64,000 nt of DNA from Haliotis cracherodii (Eukaryota), in NCBI RefSeq assembly GCF_022045235.1, contig NW_027266264.1, forward strand, positions 23,374,001 through 23,438,000. The letters run 5' to 3'. The notes below the pieces were generated by a model. The model was not told where the DNA came from. It ran no database searches and was given only the letters and a program-made list of their open reading frames with translations. Positions 23,534 through 33,431 of this stretch are shown one piece after another. A program made the translations under genes and the position numbers. How positions within the stretch are numbered: the stretch's first letter is position 1; the number at the start of each line of letters is the position of its first letter.

Positions 23534-23750
23534 ACTTTCTGACGATGAAGTCGCAATACATTCTCCATCTACATTAAATCTGTGCTGAACCTCCGTAGGA
23601 CGAAAGACTTTCTGACGATGAAGTCGCAATACATTCTCCATCTACATTAAATCTGTGCTGAACCTCCGTAGGACGAAAGACTTTCTGACGATGAAGTCGC
23701 AATACATTCTCCATCTACATTAAATCTGTGCTGAACCTCCGTAGGACGAA
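23534..23750. repeat. Perfect 73-bp tandem triplication
   Basis: Units start at 23534, 23607 and 23680. Confidence 0.97.
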
Positions 23751-23905
23751 GGATTGTTCTCACCTGCCGGGCAAAAGAAAGTATACACCCATGTTGATGC
23801 TGACTAAAATGAAACAAACAAGAAATGGTTATTCAATTGTGATGTATTTGATACGGGCATCATAGTTGTGGGTTGGGCCTTAGGTTTTCAGTGTTTCGGA
23901 AACTG

Positions 23906-24104
23906 GTAAGAGGCAACCAACGGGATCGGTTGGTCAGACTCGCTGACTTGGTTGATGCATATTATCGTATCCCAAATGCGTGGATCGATGCTCATTATGT
24001 CAATCACTGGATTGTCTGGTCCAGACTCGATTATTTACAGACCGTGGTCATATAGTTGGAATTTTGCTGAGTGTGGCGTTAAACAACAAACAAACAAACA
24101 ACAA
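23906..24104 (+). mobile_element. SINE family A, 5'-truncated
   Basis: Family A body with (CAAA)n. Confidence 0.85.
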
Positions 24105-24119
24105 ACGTAGTTATTGGGA

Positions 24120-24425
24120 CCGATTTCAGTTAGTCCACGTGAGGCTGTTATAGCCTCGAGCCAGTAGCTGTGCTCAGTCTTGGTGCGGCTGCTAGAACTA
24201 GTCCGGAATGCCAGTTTTATAGTGCATGCCAATTGAAATACCATGCCGCACATTAAGATGGATACCCTACACATTATACTGACTCCGAGCCGACAAGGTC
24301 GTTATTTTATCCCCCAAAGCCAGGCGGGATAAGAACAAGTATTTTAACTGTGTTTTGGTGTATCGCGGCCTGGGATCGAACCGCCGACCTTCTGCTCTCC
24401 GGGCAGACTACGCTATTTAACCATA
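24120..24425 (-). mobile_element. SINE family D copy
   Basis: ATACTGACTCCGAGCCGAC...GGATCGAACC on the + strand, matching 47096-47458. Confidence 0.7.
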
Positions 24426-24888
24426 GGGTACTACTGTTAGGAAAGCCAATGTTACTATCATATAAGAGACTTTGGGACTCGTCAGTTTTTATAGGGGAAG
24501 GTGGGTGTCAGATTCAGCGGGGATCATGAAAAAATTACACAGTCTTTCACTGTGTAATTTTTTCATGATCCCCGCTGAATCGGGGGTCGCCGAAATTTAT
24601 CAGAACACAACCGAGGACCAATAAAAAATGACCCCGTTCTAATTTATTTCAAATGAACAGTTACATGTATTTTGGGTAGGCCATGAAAAATACAATTTGG
24701 AGAGGGCAGCAAAATTCGGGACACCCCTCTCTGACCCCGGATACTAATTACTAGTCCCTTCGCTTAATTCGTAAACAACCGCCGTTATTTAGCTGGAATT
24801 TTGCCGAGTACGTCGATAACCAACAAACAAAGTAACAATAATGATTCGCAAACCTGTTTTCGTCCTCCATGTTGCAGGTGGATATGTA

Positions 24889-24989
24889 GGGATTCGAACC
24901 CACAATCATAGGTTTCTGGCGTGCCCAAGGGACGCAACTCTGCACAGAGAATCGCAGCGCCTTAGACGACTGGGCCACCCGTGCCCCCT
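24889..24989 (-). mobile_element. SINE family C head
   Basis: Reverse complement of the A/B-box head. Confidence 0.85.
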
Positions 24990-25752
24990 TAAAAGTATTG
25001 GGAGGCATAGCCAATAATGTATTTATCAAGCATACATTGAATTGATATATGTAGCTTAAAAGTAGTTCAAGATAGGTTACCTCATGTGCTTATTATCGGC
25101 CCGTGATATCAAGTTTAACGGACTGGTTCATCGCATCGCAGCTACATGATAAATCCACATGTCGATGGCCTTCATATCGATGCACATAACAATGGTTGCC
25201 GATAACCCATTACAACTGTCTACGTTCGATATCGGAACAGAATCAAATGGGGTTTTTTTCTCATTCACTGATTAGCCACTTTATAGTTTAGTGCTAACTT
25301 GTGGTAGGCTGTCGTATTTGGCCGCATCAGTGTGACATGGTTTCATACAAGGTATTCCTCGTAATAGTATACTAGGCCCCACAGCTTGATGCTCATTTCA
25401 AGCATGTGTGCATTTAAGAAAAAAGGTCTGTGTCATTGGGATAATTATTAACTGCTATGGACTCTCTTTTCACTCAAGGCCCTGATAGATACTACTCAAA
25501 GTGTTCTCAGGACCACCACTTTGAGAGGTAATATGTCAATTTGTATGCATCTGTTGAAATAGCCAAATAGCTCCCTCGTGTTTGCTGACGATGTCTCGAC
25601 TGCTGCTCGCAACACAACTGCAGAGAAAGATAACTGAACTAGAAAGTTTTTGTAAACATACTGGCATGAAAGTAAATTTGAATAAAACCAAGATTGTTGT
25701 GTTTTAAAATGGTGGTCTCTTAAAGTAATATGGAAAGCGGTTTTATGATGGT

Positions 25753-28347
25753 TACGCAACAAAAATAAAACAGAATGTAAAAGTTATTTAAAATCCCTTA
25801 AACTTACCAAATTAAATCGTCTTAATGCCTCATTATCAAACCCAAAACGGTTCTGGAGAGAAATTAATTCTCTACGCAGTCCATCATCAGTTCAGAATAA
25901 TATCACAGGCACAGAGTGGCTGACTCATTTTACGCATGTGTTTGGCAATGGTCTTATATTCCATGATGTTATTGAAAATGAGCATGATATTGCTGTTTAT
26001 AACCCATCAGATGTTGAGTTTGACAGTCTTGTGTCCGAAATAACAAGAAAGGAAATTCTCGATGCTATTGACTCACTTAAACCTGGAAAATCTCCAGGCC
26101 CTGACAATATCTTAGCGGATATGCTGAAGAGTTCCAAACACATAACTTTCCATTTTTGCATTCTTTCTTTAACGACATATTCAACAAAGGTATATTTCCG
26201 TCAACTTGGTCAAAATCTATCATTGTTCCTCTATTTAAGAAGGATGATACAAGAGATCCTGATAATTATAGAGCAATTTCATTGACAAGTAATTTAGGTA
26301 AAGTTTTTGCTATAGTTTTAAACAAGCGTTTAACGCTCTGGTCTAATGTTTATGATAAAATTCCAGAAAATCAGGCGGGCTTCAGACGATCATATTCACC
26401 TATCGACCATATTTTTACACTTTATTCTGTTGTACAAAAATATCTTGGATGCCGGAAACGAAAACTGTATGTTGCATTTGTGGACTTCAAAAAAGCTTTT
26501 GATACTGTTAATCGTTGAAAACTTTGGGATTGTTTGACAAAAACGGGCGTTGGGGGTAAAATGTATAATATGTTAAAGTCTATATATGCAAATGTCAAAT
26601 CATGTGTTCGTCACAAAAATGGTGTCACTGATTACTTTGATTGCCCTATCGGTGTGAAACAAGGCTGCATTTTAAGCCCTCTCCTTTTCTCTTTCTTTAT
26701 CAACGAATTGTCCCTTGAAATCCAACAAAACGGAAAACACGATGTCCAACTTTATCCAGATATGTATGAATTGCTAATATTACTTTTCGCAGACGATGTT
26801 ATACTAATTTCTGATACTGTTAATGGGCTTCAAACACAAATAGACATAATGTTTCTGTATACTTCCTCCTGGAAACTGACTGTTAATACAGAAAAAACGA
26901 AAATTGTTGTTTTTAGAAAGGGGGGTCCTCTTGCATCCAGGGAAAAATGGTATATAAATGGGCAACAAATTAATGTTGAAAAAAGTTATAAATACCTTGA
27001 TGTCATTTTTCCTTTTAATCTGAAACTAAATCACCTCGTCAACGATCTTGCGCTAGGAGCTAAGAGAGCCCTCATTACTTTATTTGTTGCTCTTGATAAA
27101 CTCGGTGTGTCTTCTCCGTCTGTTTTCTTCAAACTTTTTGATTCTCAAGTTAAACCAATTCTGTTATATGGTTCAGAGATTTGGGGTCTCGAAAAATATC
27201 ACATCTTGGAAAAAGATCACTTAACTGCATGTAAACGATTCTTAAATGTTGGCAAATCTACCCCAAATTGTATGGTGTATGGTAAATGTGGAAGACACCC
27301 CTTATATATCTGTTCTTATGTACGCGGTCTAAAATATTGGTTAAAGATTACAGAAATGTCACCTGATCGTATTCCACGTAAATGTTGTGAAATGCTAAAA
27401 CACCGCGACAGTGTTGGTTATATAACATGGGTCACTAAAATCAGACAACTTTTATTTCTTCATTGATTTGGATATGTTTGGATTTACCAAGGTGTTGGAT
27501 ATAAGACAGCAGTTCTTGCTGTGTATTTAGGGGCGGTCGGGCAGCCTAGTGGTTAAAGCGTTCGCTCGTCACGCCAAAGACCCGGGTTCGATTCCCGACA
27601 TGGGTACAATGTGTGAAGCCCATTTCTGGTGTCCCCCACCGTGATATTGCATGAATATTGCTAAAAGCGGCGTAAACCATACTCACTCTCTTAGTGTATT
27701 TAAACAAGTTGCATCTAATTTGTTTATCCAAGAATGGAGAGCTACATTGGAAAATAGTTCAAGATACGACCTTTATAAAACATTTAATTCCTGCTTATCC
27801 CCAGAACAGTACTTAACAGAAATAACAGACAGAAACTTAGAGTGTGTTTTACACGTTTTAGATTAGGTTTGAACAATTTAGTATGCAATACGGGTCGTTT
27901 TTCCTCAGTTTAAAAAAATATGCGTTTTGTCCTTTTTGCCCCACATTTATTGAAAACGAATACCATTGTATGCTTATCTGTCCATGTTATGAATCGCTCA
28001 GAACCAAATATTTCCAAGGTCTACCCCAAAACATCAATACACTAATCAAGCTCCTCCGTTTTGATGAAATATTTTACGAGCAACAAAAGAATACTATCCT
28101 ATACATTGATTATAGTTTACGACTTCGCAACCGTCTTTGTACAGATGATGTTTAATTATTTTTGAGGTTATTTGCCTTTATTAATCAAATGCTTTAATCT
28201 CCTCTTGTGATGCGATCTATTTTTCACAAAATTGTACACGTGCACATCTCTGTGCATATAAGTCTGCATGTTTATACTCGTATATATATATAATATTATT
28301 GTATGTATATGGGCCTATGGTCTGAATACAATACATGATGATGAAGA
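25753..28347 (+). mobile_element. 5'-truncated LINE ORF2 pseudogene (RT and zinc knuckle), (ATG)n tail
   Basis: KSPGPD, YRAISL, QAGFR, FVDFKKAFD, GVKQGCILSP, LFADD, CPFC..ENEYHC; frameshifts and stops; GATGGT duplicated at 25747-25752 and 28348-28353. Confidence 0.92.
27530..27690 (+). mobile_element. SINE family B, full length, inserted in the LINE
   Basis: GGGGCGGTCGGGCAGCCTAGTGGTTAAAGCG...GGTTCGATTCCC...CGGCGTAAACCATACTCAC; flanked by GTGTATTTA repeats. Confidence 0.92.
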
Positions 28348-28820
28348 GATGGTACACCTATAGTAACAGGATCTTTACATACATACCTGGGACTTGTATT
28401 CACCTCTTAGTTAATCTGGAGCAAAGCTCAGACATGTCTTGTTTCCCAAGCAAACAAGGCAATATATAATAGTTGTCCAGATCTATTTGAGATATTTAAT
28501 TCTGTGATAACACCAATTCTATGTTATGGTTCTGAAATATAGGCCACATCTTATTGTAATACTATTGAATATGTACATATCAAATTTTGCAAATCTAGTA
28601 TAAAGGTTGGTAAATCAACTTGTTATAACATGGTTCTAAGGGAATGTTGAAGAGTGCCTTTGCAGTTTGTACTTGTGACAAAGGCAATGAAATATTGGTG
28701 CAGAATATTACATTTAACAAACAATAGGCTACCAAAACAATGTTATATTATGTTAAAATCTTTGGATGATGTAGGCCGTTATAAATGGGCAACACAAATA
28801 AGAAATATTCTGTTTAAATT

Positions 28821-30179
28821 AGAAAACTTATAAGGGGGCGTAGCCCCCGAAATGAAAGTATAATTTTACGAAGAAGGCAAGGTAAACCAAAGTAAGACTT
28901 AAACAAATTATCTCCCTTGGTTCGCGTACAATTCAAGCCGTTCAAAGTGGGATCTCGCGTAACGAGCGAGAAACGCCATCTTTTCTGTAGGTAAAGCAAG
29001 GCAAGGCGTTTTCAGCATCAATCCCATCCTGGCGTTGTTGAACGTTGTTTTTCCAGTAGGTTATGTTCCGGGTGCAGGTTTTGATACCAGGATTAGTTTG
29101 GATGTGTTTGGTTATCTTGTGACAGAAATAACTTTTACTATTGATAGTATGAATAATTAACTGAGATTGTAAGTGGCTATATCCTCGAAGGGGGTTAAAG
29201 TAGTGTAAAATTATTGTCCCCCTGAGAGGATATGTAAGACCACGTCATTCAAAGTAATTTATCTATCACTGTTTTCAAACGCAGAATATTTGTATATTCA
29301 CTCACTCTTCTGACAGATCATGCCACTTTCCCAAGGAGAACTTAGCAATGAGCGATACCGCCGGGCACTGTCAGTCAACGGCCACACGGCACATGCAAGC
29401 AGCCAAGAAGGAAACGAAAGCCAAAAGCCAAGTGTAACTAACACAGTCAGGAAGAGAAAGTGAAAGTCACATCATGACAAAATTTTCCTCATGTATGTAA
29501 ACAGTCTAAGCCTTGCAAACATAATCTCAAACGGGATGACGTGGGGACATACTCGGAATATAGTGGTTCGTCATGTGGGACTCTTAATACAGTGAATATT
29601 ATGAACAAAGTAGGCACAAATTATGGATAACAACTTCTTTATTTACTGGAAATGCAACGTTTCGTGTTAGATGCTTAAACCGAAAAGTCGCCTTTACAGT
29701 AAAATGAGAAGTTGTTATCCTTAAATTGTGTCTACTTTGTCATTCGTCAACTCCGTAAAGTAATACCTATCATTTAATATTATCAACGTTTCAGACCAGA
29801 CAATGACAATGGCTTACAAATTACCTTCTGGCATGAAGCGTTATGTGGATAAACCGAGAATATATCAAGGTAGAGGACATACAATCCTCAGTTTTGACAG
29901 AAAACCCAGTGCCAGAGACTGATATTCTTAAAGCTCCTGAGCTGGATGACCAGTGGTCAGACATTCTTGAAACGAACCCAGGAACTAAGGCGCGTGATGT
30001 GTCTCAGGAGAATACAGGGTAAGGTCATCAATGTTATGAGACCTCTGGCCAAGCTCTAGAAGAGACTTGACAACATGTGTAAGAAAGGTGAACAAGACGT
30101 GATCTGTCTCTGACGACACAGAGACTACTCATGTTAGCACAGGCAAATATGACCATCTCTTACCACAGCGTTTATGAGT
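28821..30179 (+). mobile_element. 1.36-kb insertion carrying a degenerate DIRS-like gag fragment
   Basis: 16-bp TSD ATATTCTGTTTAAATT at 28805-28820 and 30180-30195; ~29810-30100 encodes YKLPSGMKRYVDK / VLTENPVPETDILKAPELDD / IQGKVINVMRPLAKL. Confidence 0.65.
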
Positions 30180-31151
30180 ATATTCTGTTTAAATTTGGAT
30201 TTGACTTTGCATGGATTAGTCTGGAAATGGGAGACCAAGCAGCCTTCATTGCACGTTTTAAGCAGAGATTACATGATAATCTCTTTCAGTCATGGCAACA
30301 TGATACATGCAAATGATAAGTATGTTCACTATGACCAGTTTAAATCACTTTTAAATACTGAAAAGTATTTAAGCATAGGTGTCTTTCCAACATTTGAGAA
30401 CATCTTGTTCTAGGTTTAGATGTTGCAATTTCAAGCATGCTGTTGAGACTGGCGGATATGAAAATATGATTTATAATGAAAGAGACTGTTTTGTCATGCA
30501 AGCATAAAGACTATTTTGATGTTGAAGACGAATTTTCTAAACAAATTCATTGTTAAACATTTCAGTAAATATCCTACAATTGACAATTTTATTTCTATCA
30601 TGCAGAGTAAGAACATTGATGTCATCAGAAATGTCAGTCTATTCCTGTATCATCAAAAATATTAAAAAAGACACATACAAATTGTAAATATGATATATAA
30701 TGCGCATGTATGATCATATTTTGTGTACATGTATTTTGGGCCGGGGGCCTTATACTGAATACAACAGTCTGTCTGTCTGTCTGTATCAGGAAATACGCTA
30801 ACATGTAACTTGATTTTCTGGTCAACACTTGATTTGTTTTGGTTTGTTTACAGGACGCTCTCAAACAACAAACACTTGCTTTTGATGCAAATCGTGAGTA
30901 GGCGGTTGCTACCGACAGGGCAGGCCATAATTCCATCGCTATTTTCCCTTTTACGCCCAATAGAATCTGTTTCGGCAGATGATTGAGGCTGATTATTCTC
31001 TGGCGTTGAAACTTTTCTCAGTTACCTCTGTGCCATGTACGTTCACCTTTTCGCAAGTACCTGGTATTATCACCATTTCTTATGATAACAGAAGTATGTT
31101 CTCGATTTTACTTATAGATATGTATGGGTCTCTTAATGCTATATGCGATAT

Positions 31152-31390
31152 GACCCGTGAAGATCCGGGATAGAATAGGTCTTCAGCAACCCATGCTTGC
31201 CGTAAAAGGCGACTATGCTTGTCGTAAGAGGCGAGTAACGGAATCGGGTGGTCAGGCTCGCAGACTTGGTTGATGCATGTCATCGTATCTCAATTGCGAA
31301 GGTCGATATTGGTGATGTGAATCACTGGATTGTCTTGTCCAGACTCGATTATTTACAGACCGCAGCCATATAGCTGGAATACTGCTGAGT
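31152..31390 (+). mobile_element. SINE family A, full length (double-hairpin form)
   Basis: GACCCGTGAAGATCCGGGATAGAATAGGTCTTCAGCAACCC, then the 22-nt hairpin unit twice. Confidence 0.9.
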
Positions 31391-33261
31391 TGCTGATATT
31401 AATTACCTATATGTATATTGTTAATTTCAACATGGAAGCAGGAAAGGCAGATTTTGTTAAAATTCGCTCAATTCAGATTTTAATTTTAGTTCATGAGGCT
31501 TATATTCAACACAAAGTAAATAGAACATACATTGTCCCTACAACCAAATGAGCCTGAACAAGAAGAACCATGGACGTTTCAGGACACAAGGGAGACACAT
31601 GAGAGCTGCAGAGGAACTATCTATATGCCCAATACTGAAACAAGCTCAAGTATCACAGATCACTCTATTCATATACACAACTCAATTCATGTATACGACT
31701 CAATTCATATAAACAACTCAATTCATATATACGACTCAATTTATTTAGTTGGTCATGAAATAACATTAATCAGTGAAAGTCTGAAACAGCAGATAATTTA
31801 AAAGGAAAACGTTCTAAGCTCTGAACGAACAGGACATGATATTTAAAATATTCATAGTGAATCGAGGATTATATTTCAAAGAGTTGTATTTTCGAAAAAA
31901 ATATAGTTAATTCGAATTTAACATAAATTTCCAATGATGAAATCGCCATACATTCTATATCTACAATAAACCTGTATCATAACTCCATAGTACGAAGAGT
32001 GTTCTAAACTGCCGGGTAAAGGAGAATATACGCCCATGTTAGATGGCGGATCAAATGAAACAAACAAGAAACGGTTATTTGATGCATTTGATACGGGAAT
32101 CACAGTTATGGTTTGGACCTTAAGTTTGCAGTGTTCCAGCTACTGGTTCAGCTCAGAAACATTTTGATAACGTTTGTAAATTGCTTCGTCAAATATAGTT
32201 TTCAAGTGTGTACTTTCTTTTGCCCTTCAGTTTATTTACTCAGTAATATTGTATGGGCTGTCTTACTGCTAGTGGCATCTCTCAGCGCCATATATATGTC
32301 TTGAATATAATAACTTTGACTGAATGAATGATAGAAATAGAGCCTTAAGTCTGATATGGATATTTCTGATTATTAATAACATTAAGATTACGATAACATT
32401 CTGGTAAACATGAATACATAATCAAGAAAAGGTTGGAAACAACAGAATTCATCTTTCTAAAACACAGAATGACTCAGTAATGATAACATAAAATGACATT
32501 TTCAGTTTGGCTTTACTGTATGAAAACGGAGTTCCATAGCACTCTTTGCCCTGTCAAGGTCAGAACGACCATATTTAAGTCAAAACGGTCATTGGTCAAA
32601 AGTCAGAAAGCCAAAACCGGTTTATTCTTATTTTTATTCCAAAATTTGTTTCGGGTTTTTTTTGCGACGGCTTCACAACTGAGGTATGTTGCTATTTATT
32701 CCAGACGTGCATGCAGTATTCACAATACATTGTTTGTCTCGATACTCCTCAGACTAGTTAACTTGAATAAAGAAAGTTACATGTGTCATATGAGTTAATC
32801 CTCAAACCTTTTACTGCAAAGGATGAGCTTGATATGTTTGGCTCACCTTTGTACATAAGTCAGCAACATCTAATAAAGATCTACTGGCATTGCTGCGTAA
32901 GACGCACGACTGTCAGACAACCAATGCCTTCTCACCAGGCAATTCACACACAAAAACACGCACCGAGGAAACTTGTATGTCTTTGTTGACCGTTTGACTT
33001 ATGCTCTTGGCAGTTTTGACTTTCTCTATTGGCTGTATTGACATTAATTGTCATGGCCGTTTTGACGTGTGGCCGTTGTGACTAATGACCGAAAATGCTT
33101 ACATAGTGGCTTGTGCGAGTCAAATCTCAAACTATGCAAAAAACGTGTCTTATGTTATTTTCCCTATGATATTCTAAACTTGCATCATGATACGAACCCG
33201 ACACCACTCAAGCTCACTGGAACTAACATTTCAGGTGAGCTAACATGTAAGCAAACAACGT

Positions 33262-33431
33262 CTATGCAACCTTATACACACACGTGCAACGACGCACCCC
33301 ATTCTGCTTTTCTACTACGTATTGCTTATCTACCAATTTCCACATCCCACGGTATTCCAGGTGAGCCAGATTTCCTTTGATGTCATCACTGTCAAAGATG
33401 TAGTCGTAGTGGTTAATCAGGATGTGGCCAC
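33262..33431 (-). CDS. METTL27: METTL27-like last coding exon (GHILINHY...VYKVA*)
   Basis: Acceptor GTGCAG|, stop TAG at 33264-33262. Confidence 0.82.

Larger units (their letters stand above)
23258..24885 (-). pseudogene. Relic duplicate of the METTL27-like locus (first coding exon and downstream flank only)
   Basis: 24870-24854 ATG GAG GAC GAA AAC AG|GT parallels 39451-39435; ~24130-24470 parallels ~38900-39400; 23258-23908 parallels 31543-32147. Confidence 0.65.
25560..30785 (+). mobile_element. Old host LINE (RTE-X-like) split in three: ~25560-25752, 28348-28820, 30180-30785
   Basis: LVFADDV...GMKVNLNKTKIVVF...FYDG continues after an insertion as TPIVTGSLHTYLGLVF, then PILCYGSEI...WATQIRNILF, then KFGFDFAW..., ending in a (CTGT)n tail. 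Confidence 0.75.

Noticed and set aside
23580-23625. Hammerhead-like text (CTGAACC-TCCGTAGGAC-GAAA; CTGACGA) in the 73-bp repeat
   Set aside because: The CUGANGA core and the stem II/GAAA are not in the required arrangement, and the paralogous single copy lacks these motifs
27530-27605. tRNA genes at SINE B, C and D heads
   Set aside because: A/B boxes are followed by SINE bodies, tails and TSDs; no intact cloverleaf
32550-33092. Possible MITE with degenerate GTCAAAACGG inverted ends
   Set aside because: Termini and TSD could not be defined with confidence
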